Shown here: positions 23,701-35,700 of the stretch, piece after piece
Numbering within the stretch: the first letter of the stretch is position 1
Layout of the letters: the number at the start of each line of letters is the position of its first letter
Origin: Nemertoderma westbladi
Lineage: Eukaryota > Animalia > Xenacoelomorpha
Assembly (NCBI GenBank): GCA_032718475.1
Contig: JAUCBJ010002756.1
Span: 1-64,000 of the forward strand
DNA: 64,000 nt
Direction of reading: 5' to 3'
Position numbers and translations under genes: made by a program
Notes under the pieces: model-generated
The model's database searches: none
The model's input: only the letters and a program-made list of their open reading frames with translations
What the model was told of the DNA's origin: nothing

Positions 23701-26700
23701 AGTTCCTAATACCGATTGAGTCTGTGCTCACGAGTTTTACTCACTATCTAAAAAATATTAATCTAGTTGTTATTTCACAGCTAAAGCCTCGGTAATATAC
23801 TATTTACAAAGAATACCGTCCCCAAATTACCAGGTAAAGGAAATTTCCCATGCAAGACCAAGGGATGTCTTACCTGCCATTCAGTAACCAAAGATACCGA
23901 GACTCCATGGGGTGACACTATTCCAGAACGTTTCACGTGTAGGTCCACCAACGTGTTATATACGATAAGGTGCAAAGTTCATAGCGACCAATTTTATTTG
24001 GGCGAAACTATGCAACGATTACACCTCCGAATGAACAATCACCGCTCTAATATACGTAACCCCCCATGGTATCACACACACGTTGATGAAGTTATCACAC
24101 GACACGATGCACTCCTACTTAAGCACTTCGATACTTGTACACTTGATAATTTCAGCGTCACTGCCACTTTACACTGTAGAGATGACACACTACGTCTTGC
24201 TTATGAAAGCTGGTATATTAACACTTTACGTCCCCCACTAAATAAAGTTCTACCGCCAATATAATTCCACCCAGTATCATTCTTAATCTTGTAGTAAGAA
24301 TTTATTAATTTAATATTGGTGCTTATATCATACTATTATGCGTTAAATTCTGGTTTTCAAATCGTTTTCCAGTATTGGTGCTACTATATAAACGAACATT
24401 CCACTTCCAAACTAAAAGTTTTTATATTTTATTTTATTATTATTAATATTGTTGATTTCTTAATTAGTCTATTTGCTATATCCAACTACAGTTCATATCA
24501 GTTCCTTTCTCTACTCTAACTACTGTACTATCCGTGAATAAATTTAAATCATATAACTTTTAATTTCTAATATTGGTGCTTTCAATTAACTACAGTCGAT
24601 AATTTTCCAAATTTATTTCAGGTGCATATAGGTAGTTTCATTAGGTATGCAATTTAATGTATTAGCTAATTTATTAATTATCATTATTATTAATATTGGT
24701 GTCCCTACTTTAAAACTAATCCAATTACATTTATTTCCTAACTACAGTACTTTTACCGGTAGTGGCACGTGATTGGCTACTGTCCTGAGCAATACATTGT
24801 TTAGGCTGTACCGGTACCGGTCACTGTTCTGTATTTTGCAGTTGTGCCTGTATAAATTCAAATTTCTGTTCTTCTGTTATTCTAATAATCGCCTGAAGAA
24901 GGGTTTAGGCCCGAAAGGCCTCGCGAATAATAATAATACAAAACGTTTTTATTGCTGGGGAAGACCCTCTATCCTTAACATATTATAAATCTTCGTAAAT
25001 GGCAGACCCCCTAGCTGCAGCATGTCGACAATTTGGATTACTAAATAATCTAGTATGACCTATTTCGGGATACTTCTAATGACGACAGTCTGTGTGTACA
25101 CGTACATCTCCACACGCACAATCAGGAACGTGTTAGTCATCTAAATAAGTTGTGCAATGTGCTGATATTCAAAAAATATTGCATATTAATAACAATTATT
25201 GCAAAATTAATTGATTATTATTATTCTTCTATTATTTTCCGTCTATGGGTCAGTATAAGGGATATAAAGTAAATTACATTAATCTCTATTGAACTCCTTA
25301 TATCCTGACGGGATATAAAGATAAATCTTCAGGTAACTTTCCCTATAATTCGGTGATAAATATTTTTTTTTGGAAAACTAACATATAATTAGATAAACAT
25401 GAGCTGATACAGAGTACAGACCTTCGGTTTCTTCTTCTTCGGTTTGGGTTTTGGTTTGGGAGGTGGTGTTGCCACTTTTGGTGGCGGTGGCGTGGGGTCC
25501 CTGGGGGGTGTTGGGGTCCGAGGTCTAGGTGGTGTTGGTTCTAAAAATATATTATAATATCATTAATTATTACCAATATTTAACACAAACACATATAGTG
25601 ATTATAATTATTGATTTGATAAGAATTGAATGTTCATGACACGACGAACAGAGAGAACAAATGTAATTATTCATAGTAATGATAAACTACCTCGGGGCGG
25701 CGTTGGAGGTGGTGGTGTTGGTGGTGGTGGTGTTGGTGGCGGAGGTGTTGGTGGCCGCATGATTTCCTCGATTCCAGAGTCTGGCGATTCTATTCGAGGT
25801 GGTGGTGACGGTGTTGGCGGTTTCGGTTTCTGCGAATAAAAATGTCTTGGAGATATCCCTCAACATTTTTAAGCCGCGGTCAAATCTAATGTCTAATATT
25901 GTCCAATATTATGGCACACATTATAGCTCGTTAGATACAATTAACTTAAAGGTCTTTAGTTCACTTGACAGACTCATGTGTCCTCATGTGTATACGTTCT
26001 CACTGTAAACATTATCATAATATTATCATAATCTAAATGAAAATTTTATACAAAAAATTTCAGTCAATGACGGCTTCATACTCAAATAGTGTGAATCATG
26101 GCCTATTCAATATGTATGTAGTAGGTCATTGTGTGTACCTGACCTGTTAAGTAACACGTGTACACATTTCAAATTCTTCAAAATCATGTCCCTTTAGACA
26201 GTTAAAATAGTATCAATATCAAATTAGTATCAGTATCTGAGGGAATAGACCCCATGTCCTATTTTATTGTTTTAATATGAATATTACAATCCCTCTAAAG
26301 TCGTAGTTGTCAACATCATATAATCAATATCAAAGGCAGACTTTGAGAGTTTTGATCTACTAACCGGTTTAACGACAGGAGGCGGTGGAGGTGTGGCCGG
26401 TTTTGGGGGCGGCGGTTTTGCCGCCGGGGGTGGCGGCGGTGGCACCGGCTTTGGACGAGGTTTCACTGGTTTAGGCGGCGGCTCATCTTTTGGCGGCGGC
26501 TGCCAGAATTCGGTTTTCGCTTTGGGTTCCGGTTTCTTTCCGGTCCATTTTTTCGGAGCTATAAAAATAAGTAAATTATGTTAAATCCGCCACTAAATAA
26601 ATAATATAATTTATATATATAATAAAATTAATTAATATAATAATAAGATATTAATTTAGATAATATATATTTATCGTTACGTCACTAATACGTCACTTAC

Positions 26701-29700
26701 CTTGATAATCGGCCTCTCCTCGTTTTATTTCGATGAATTCGGTTGGTTTCTTTGATTCGATCTTTTTCATTTCGTCGAATTCAAACTCAAATTTTCGGTC
26801 TTTACTAAACGGATCCTCGGCTGCTGTCGTTTCCTTGGTGTTCTTCTTCAACGAAAAGGCTTTCGGAGCTAAAATAATAAAAATATAATAATAATAATAA
26901 TAATAATATAAAAATATAAAAATAAAATAATAAAAATTCCCGCGCCTAAATAGTTCATTAGATTTGTAGTACCTTTATATAATTTCCCTCTGTCCTTTTT
27001 CTCTTCCACAACAGGTAATCGTTGTTTTAATTCTCTCGTTGGCGATTCAACCTTGGGAGGGTGCTTCAACTTCCGAGATAACTCTTTATCTGGCCGCCAG
27101 TCTTCATCTAAGTAAAATAGATTAAAATTACTAAACTAATCAAACTAGGCTATAACATGGTATGGGGCTTGGGTTGGCGTGGGAAGGGGGGTGCGGGGGC
27201 TTGCGTGGGCGTGGACGGGAGGTGCTACAGGACGGGGTTGTGGTTTAATTCTAGTAGAACCACTAACCTTCATCTGGTACGGGAGGTGCTACGGGACGGG
27301 GTTGAGGTTTAATTCTAGTAGAACCACTAACCTTCATCTGGTACGGGAGGTGCTACAGGACGGGGTTGTGGTTTAATTCTAGTAGAACCACTAACCTTCA
27401 TCTGGTACGGGAGGTGCTACAGGACGGGGTTGTGGTTTAATTCTAGTAGAACCACTAACCTTCATCTGGTACGGGAGGTGCTACAGGACGGGGTTGAGGT
27501 TTAATTCTCCCGCGTGGACGTTGACTGTGCGGGGGAGCGCTCTTCTCCCGTTTAGGAGATTGTATCGCGGGCGTAGAAAGCGGTCGTTGCACCAAAAGAT
27601 CTTCCAGCTCGTTATCCAGAGCTGCGGTAAATATAATATCATATAATATATATTATATATAGTTGAATCAATAACAATACAAATAAAATTATGCATACTA
27701 GGGATGCCCATGGGTCAACGATGTGATAGGCATTAAATAAGGTGCCGGTAATATATTTATTATTTTCTATTAATATATTTCATACATAAATTTTCAAAAT
27801 ATATCGGTCGCATTTCTCCATGGGTGTAACTGTCCTACCTAAATTAGTAGATAGTAGTAGTTGGTAGATTAGTGTATAATTAATCATAGTGACCGTGATG
27901 GTTCGTGGTTAATATACACTATCCTTTCATAGTAGTGTAGTACTGTAGGTACAGTACCCTACAGTACCAAGTACTGTAGGGTTGAGCACAGTGGCAGCAT
28001 ATGATGGTATTGACAGATGTGAGGCCATGTGGAGGTAAATAGCGGACATACAAGGTATCGTGTAGTATTTCAAGGTCTATCATTTACCTGAACCGCTAGC
28101 TAAATGGTTAGAGCGTCAGACTTACAACCCGGAGGTCACCAGTTCGATCCCACCTGGACGTCATTGCCATTGGACGTCATTTTTTCGTTGAGAAACAGCT
28201 GAGATATAGGTTTTCTATGATTTTCTATGATTCGTAACTGCCGACAACGTCAAGCAGTACTTAAGAGATGAAGGTATACCGTTCACGGATGTGCTTGCGA
28301 CGCCACAACCCCTGCACAGGCATTCCGAGTCCGACGACGAGGTGTCAAACTCGTTCCATATTACATGCACTCAAGATGGCCGCGCAAATCTAATGGATCC
28401 TGCAAACTGGGAAGAAAATTGCGTAATACGAAACTATCGCCTCTCGAATGAAGAGCGGGAATCGTATGGACTTAGACCGCGAGCCAACCGAACAACTGGA
28501 ATAACGACCTGACTCAAAGATACAAGAGAACCCTCGAACTTATCAACTGTAAAAACTAGCACAACAAAATCCAACACCCGGCCGATCCCAGGAAAAACTA
28601 TATGCATTGGATGTGGGAAACCGTACAGATATAACGCCAGTTTACTCAAGCATCAATCCCTATGCAGTAGATATAATGTAGCGGAAAACGTTGTATTACT
28701 CACAGCCCTCCCGTTCTCAGAGAACCTTCCCTGTGACTCAAATGTACCTAGTAAATCTTCAGCTTTGTTGTGTGGAATGTGGAAGGTTTCCAATCGACAA
28801 TGGATACGACTATGGACAACACCCTCAGTGACACCGATGTTCTACTGCTCACTGAAACAATGGAACTTGACCTGATTATTCCGGGATACACATCATTTAA
28901 TATTCCGTGCGCTAAACCTGCCAGAGGACGTCCAGTTGGCGGCATTACAGTTGGAATAAATACGAAACTCAATGTACTTCAAAAGGTCATAGTGTCCACC
29001 TAAACCTGCCAGAGGACGTCCAGTTGGCGGCATTACAGTTGGAATAAATACGAAACTCAATGTACTTCAAAAGGTCATAGTGTCCACTAAGTCAGCAATC
29101 GCTGTATCTGTTGGGGACTTTGTAGTAATATCGTGTTACTTCGCCCCCGGGATAAACGTTGAAGATATTCTATGTGAGCTCATCCCAATAATTAACAGCA
29201 TCAGAAACAAAACAGGGAACGTTATTATACTTACGGGTGATTTCAACTGTAGAATAGATGATGACTCAGACGATCGAGGTGATTTATTGTGCTGTGGTTT
29301 ATCAGCAGCAGATTTACACTGTATTAATGATCCGACAATTCCAACACGTTCGTGGGGCCTTCGCGCAGCACGAGGCCCAGTTATGAGATACAAATTAAAA
29401 TTGAGCGACTGTATCACAAAATCAGGTTTTGAGAAATTTACCCACACCACCAATCAATCAAAGAAAGGGGGACAGTACGTGTTCACCCCTTTTAATCCCC
29501 CCCCCCCCCCCCCCACCCTTCCCAACCACCAATACATAACCGCGACATCTACCACCCACGGAAGGGTAGCACGAACTTATTTCCAATCGCACGTTCAATA
29601 TGCAAAGCCAGGTGGTTTATAGGAATATAATAAACGCAGTACTCGTATTCATTATAAGCCTCGTTGCGTTCGTCCTGTTTTGTATTTAAATATATTTCTT

Positions 29701-32700
29701 AAACGCAGGCTAGGACGTTCTTTATAATAATAATAACTAGGGATGCGATCAATATGTGAAGCCAGGTGGTTTATATAATAATTTAGTCAACGCAGTACTC
29801 GTCTTCATTATATGCCTCGTTGCGCTCGTCGCTTGTCCTGTTTTGTTATAAAATATTTTTCCTAAACGCAGACTGACGATCTTTATACAGTTATAACTAT
29901 GCGAAGTTTCGAAACTGTGCGAGTAACTGTTGATACATCTATGTGGATATGTGTGATATGTGGAGATGTGTGATACAACGCCAACGCATCTTATGCCGAT
30001 GTAGTAATATGGGTATTGAAATAATATTAAATTAATGTACACTCTTAAAGCTGCAGCGAAAAAATGTAGCTAATTTCCTAGGTTACATATAAAATAATAA
30101 TATTATTTTTAAGAACATTAATTTTACTACTTTGCAAAAATTCAATTAAAAAATAACCAGACATATACATTGTGGAATAAACTATTTCAGAAGCCTACAC
30201 AACAGCCATGCCATGGATAGTATTTATGTTATGATATCTGTCATTCACCTGAGATAGCAATACAACATTTATAGTGAATTTAAAGAATGCTGTCTGGGCT
30301 GGAATAGCAATACTGGTTGTCTATTACTATTCCTCTCTGGTTAGTCTTAGCAACAACTCCCAGCCAGCAGCAGAGACTTGACCAATAATCATTCCCAGCA
30401 ACTGGGAATGACACACACATCCCATCTATGTACCAGCATGTTGGCCAATAAATGAGCAGTATTTAATGAGAATAAATTTTTTTTGCCGTTTTAATTACTT
30501 TAGATCAATTAAAGACACAATTATTAAAGCAAATCACTTGAACTAATTAAAAACTATAATAGAATGGCGTATGGGGATTACATCTGTATAATTTTTAATT
30601 ATAATTATTTAAATCTTATACTGTAAAACAATTAATTTCCTTTAAAAGGCAGGTTGAAAATGGTGTTTTTACCGTAATAACTTAATTAACTAATTAACTG
30701 CTATTATCTTAGCTTCTCGAAGGCCACACTGAAATTCTACTTGGAAAATTTCTAAACTTTTGCCAAACAACATGTGTACCAAGTTTGGATAGATTTCATC
30801 AAAGATTGGCCGAGTTATTAACGTTTAAAATTGAACACGACAGAACGACAGAACGACAGGTTGATTAATGGTACCACTACGCTAAGGCTCACTCACTTCG
30901 TGGCTCGCCCCACATATTACTCATGGAACGGACAGAGCACAATCGACTTAGTATTTGTAGACGACTCTATATTGAACCGCGTGGAGATTACTGTTAAGCC
31001 ACTAGGATCGGCATGCTGCATTGCAGCTGCATTTTTAAGAATGCTGTGCCGGCTTGTCAACAAAATTGCACCGCCACAACTCCCTATCACCCATGACATT
31101 TGCTAGATCATCCGCATCTTTAAGGCCAGTGTCCTTTAAGATGCGTCTCAAGAAAGTCATGGGCTGTCCACCATGCTTATTCACTCCATGAGGCTGCCAA
31201 AGTACAAGATTATGCACTGGCTGGTCCTCACGGCGAAAGCAATGTCCTGCAAAGCGGAGGCGATTTTGTTCTAGTGTCAAGCTTGGGGGAACCAATGAGA
31301 CACCTCCAATGTTATATAGTGTCTGGTTGGAGATGTGTGCATTGTACTTGACACAATGTACCCGGCGTAGCATTCTTGTGAATGTGCCATCCAGAGATTT
31401 GGTGTCCTCAGCAGTTAGAGCCCAGCATGGACTCCCGTAGAGGAGTACTGGAACTACTGCTGCTCTAAATAATCGGACCTTAAGTTTCCGATTAATTCTA
31501 GGTGACTTCCAAATCCTGGAAAGCCTATTCAAGGCTGCCCATGCCTTTCCCTTACGTATTCGAAGGTCCTCACCTGACTTCCGGATCCATGATCCCAGGT
31601 AACAGAAGTCGTCCACATGCTCAAGTATACCATCCTTTGAGCCAACCTGTTAAGCCAAACTGTTAAGCCAACCACAAATACAAAGCACCAGGCCATAGTT
31701 GTAAATGTAGTGTGCGACGGTTTTGAATCCAGACAACAACGAACGCCTACAATTCGGAAGATTGATGTTGATAAACTCAACAAAATGTTGAAAAGTGGCG
31801 ACTTTGAGGATGCTTTAAGGCAAGGGGTTGATACATCGTGGGATTATATAGCAAACGCATTACAAGGTTCTGCAAAACCACGCAATGAGAGACGGACAAA
31901 GCGCTGGTTTGATAACGACTGCCGGACTGCAAAAAGAGAAGTAACAGAAAGTTTCAACAGAATGCGAGAAACACTGTCGACAGAAAACCGCAATAAATAC
32001 ACACAACAACGCCGAAATTACAAGAACTTTCTAATAAGTAAGAAGAAATGTTATGAAGCCAAGGAAGAACTCAAAATAATAGAAGAATGTGAATCGGATA
32101 AAGTTTCATTCTGGAAAATCCTTAAATCGAAAGTGACACCAAAGCCATTGTCTCAACAGGTAACAAGGGCGGCATGGACTACACATTTTACTTCGCTGCT
32201 CTCAGCGGCTAACAAACCCAATCTACCCACAGTGCCTGAACAGCCCAATATTATCCTTGATAAACCAATAGACGGAGCCGAGATTACAGAGGCCGTATCC
32301 AATCAGAAATCGGGGAAAGCCACTGGACCTGATGGGATATCAAATGAATCAATGAAACATGGGTTTGGTATTATCCTGCCATATCTGCTGGTATTATTTC
32401 AACTCTGTTTTAGCCTGGCCAAACTTCCAACGATGTGGCTGACCGCCTACTTATTGCCCTTATTCAAAGGTAAAGGAACGAAATCGGAGCCTGGCAATTA
32501 TAGGGGTATTGCACTGTTATCGTGTGTCTTGAAAACATATACGTCGATCCTAGCAAACAGAATGTATAAATGGGCTGAATCTGTGGGTGCTTTCCCAGAC
32601 GAACAGTATGGATTCAGACGGGGCAGGTCAACTCTCATGGCGGTCCGTCAGTTATTCAATCGGATTTCATCCTCTATTTCATTGCCAGGAGGCCACTTAT

Positions 32701-35700
32701 ATTGTGTTTTCATCGATTTCACTAAGGCCTTCGATTCTGTGAACAGGGAGCTACTATGCACCAAGCTTTCATCCTGCGGTGTAAGCAAAAAGTTTATAGA
32801 AGTACTATGGTCCATTCTAGCAATTAATTTTGTATGTATCTGCATCGGCAATTACGTATTAGATCCGATTGCGCAAACAATCGGGGTAGTTCAAGGCGAC
32901 AAACTCTCACCTTTATTATTTGCACTATTTGTACACGATCTCCCTGCTGCGATCGCTATAGCAGCATGTTGGATATGGATGTATGCGGACGACCTTGTAA
33001 TCGCTGGACAAACAATAGCTGATGTACAAGAATCACTGGATGAACTTGCTGAATACTGCAGGGTAAACAATCTGACAGTCAATTTGTCGAAAACAAAAGC
33101 CGTAAAATTCAGGAGAGGTGGACACCCGGCAAGATCAGATATATTGACATATATGGGACAAAGTATAGAATTTTGTGATAGTTTCGAATATCTAGGAGTG
33201 GTACTATCCACAAAGAACGGCGCCAGCAAACACTACACACACCTATATAAGAAAGGTATAGCATGTTGTGCTCGAATCGCCACCAAAGTCAACCTACCAA
33301 TGACTAACATGGAAACCGCTAGGAAATTATACATAGCTATTGTCCTTCCGACAGTAACATATGGTTGTGATATATTCACCACAAAAGATAATATTAACTC
33401 TTTGGAACATATACGTAAAGTACGTGCCTTTTACTGGAAAATGTGGTGCGGAATCTCGAAATATGCCCGGTCCACCCCTATTCTAGAATCAATTGACAAC
33501 GCTTCGAGCTCTGACACTAACTTAGCGGGTTTAACAGGCTATCGGCGGCGATCAATGGCACAGCTAGTGTCAAACGGTTGCCACCATAAGCTATGTTCCA
33601 CACCGAACTGCTGGTCACCTATCGATTCATGCATTTGCTGTTTATGCAGTTGCCAAGCAACAGAAGCCACCCATTACATTAATTGCACCTCATTTCCTCG
33701 TGGATTGTCGAAGCTGAAGGCTGCCCTGTTTTTAATGAACTATGAACATCAACCTACATGATTTTTAACTCATTATTGTTTTATAAATTAAGTTACTAGA
33801 ATATTATTAATTTTAAAAAATTGTGCTGTTACTAAGTAAATAATTAATTAATTTTACCACGAAAACCAAAATGTTTTGGTAATAAACGTGTACTCTCGAT
33901 TCAATTCAAAAATTATCTTTCGCTGAAGGACATTTATTTTATGTCATAAAAACGTTCTGGACATTTTATTTAGGTATGTGAATGAAAAAATACATCATTG
34001 ATATAAAATTAAAGCAATTCTTGTATGCCATAAACTACTGCACTTCAACATCCAAAAAATAATTCTAGAACAAACTACTAACCTGGACTAGGCTGCCCTC
34101 GACTAGACGGAATGGACTGAGTCTGAGTCACAGATCGCGCTGACCCTGGAGTTTGGTCCCGTTTGGTCGAGTACATTGAGAGGCTGGGTAATTTATCTAA
34201 AAATATTAATACAGTAGCATAAAAAGGTATAAAATAGTATAAAAAATATTGTATTTATTTGTATGGAATTAATTTCGCACTATCAAATCGCCAGGGCGAC
34301 ATATTTTCTAACTTTACAACGCAGTGCGACATTATTTCTCAGTATGTCCCTACGCCATACATTTTACTATGTATATCTAGTATGTCACCGCGTCATTAAC
34401 AGGTTGTTCTATAAAGTTTGAGTGCATAATTGCAAATAATTCCCCACAAATAAATAAAATTAGATTCGCCATTGTTCATAATTAGCACATTAAAGCTTTT
34501 ACGGACCTCGTTCTATTATTTCCCTCGCTGTGCCGTACGTAACGTCATAAAGTGCTATTTTATGAACAATGACGTATATAGTTAATATAAGATTATTTTG
34601 CATTTATTGGTAAAGGTTAGATGATTTTTCCCTGACAACAATAATTAAATGAGTACCGGTAATTATTAATTTAGCCCATTATGTATGGCAATAATGACAC
34701 TATGAGGTTAAACTACCGGTATTGCTATTAAATAGTATTTTTAGTATTTCACAGTTGCCTGTAAATTTTGTTTCTATTTATACATTTCGAATTAAAAATC
34801 AATAAACTCTAAAAAATCCTAACTAACAAAGCCGCACTCACCGTATGACTTTATGAGCCGCACTCACCGTATGACTTTATGAGCCGCACTCACCGTATAA
34901 CTTTGAGCCGCACTCACCGTATGACTTTATGAGCCGCACTCACCGTATGACTTCATGGGCCGCACTCACCGTATGACTTTATGAGCCGCACTCACCGTAT
35001 GACTTTATGAGCCGCACTCACCGTATGACTTTATGAGAGGTTGAACAGCCTTTTCGAATTCTTCACGGGTTTCGATAATTATTGGTTCTGTTTGTGACGG
35101 TCTCTTATCTGCTATCTATTAGAGAAATCAAAATATAACCAACCAAAGAGTAAAAGAGTCGCCTCTATTACTTACTTTATATAAGTATACGTACTGATAG
35201 CCTTCGAAGCTGCAAACAAAGTAATATTTATGTATTAGTAATTCAATAATTATTATTTATTACATTGGAAAATGTATAACATTTTTCATTATTCTTGAGG
35301 TATTTTATTTACGTAATTTGCGTAATTAACGTAATTTATTATTCTTTAAAATTTGAACTTCGAAATTTTTTGTTGCTCAATTCTTTATTAAAAGATAGAG
35401 CGATATACTGTTACAAAATAAATTGAACTCCTGATTTTACTATATTGCTTCCATAGTTACTGCAATTCAAATTACTGTAGGCTACTTACTACTCTTTAAC
35501 TCCTGATGCTGCCTTACTCAATGTTAAATAATTTAGTGTTCTCGAATATTTATTACGTAACTAGAGAGCCGCTTAACTACATAAACCAATATTGGATATT
35601 GAGTTCCGTTTTGGAGTACGCCTTGTATATAAGACACTAAAGTTGCAATAACTTGACTGTTTGCATAAATTGTATTCAAATTCCATGCAAACCATTTAGT

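Larger units (their letters stand above)
19350..25030 (+). mobile_element. Decayed Penelope-like retroelement (RT + GIY-YIG), interrupted by an RTE insertion
   Basis: RT motifs GDKTGNVIVL, KDHK..GRPII, LDIVDRFTNI, YLQIKGGAMGGSVS, RKVVDDGF, FLDMTI. GIY-YIG region CLTC..FTCRSTNVLYTIRC..YLGETMQRLHLRMNNH..ESWYINTL. Frameshifts or stops near 21932, 22625, 23510 and 23600; hammerhead-containing 3' repeat. The 5' boundary is approximate. Confidence 0.88.
28230..33910 (+). mobile_element. Disrupted APE-RT LINE (CR1/L2/RTEX-like), 5'-truncated, with two nested insertions
   Basis: ORF1 C-terminal remnant (SFHITC..NWEENCVIRNY); CIGCGKPY..KHQSLC zinc finger; APE motifs WNVEG, LLTET, GGITV, TGDFN, STIDLVF. 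RT ORF 31710-33761 (GPDGI, QYGFRRGRST, FIDFTKAFDSV, QGDKLSPLLF, YADD, YLG) with C-terminal CxC..E..H..C. An 88-bp tandem duplication at 28912-29087 frameshifts the APE; AATAAA at 33881. Confidence 0.88.

Noticed and set aside
28093-28165. Functional tRNA-Val gene
   Set aside because: Acceptor and anticodon stems pair poorly; better explained as a SINE head or pseudogene. The same applies to 137-205, 55533-55610 and 56691-56765.
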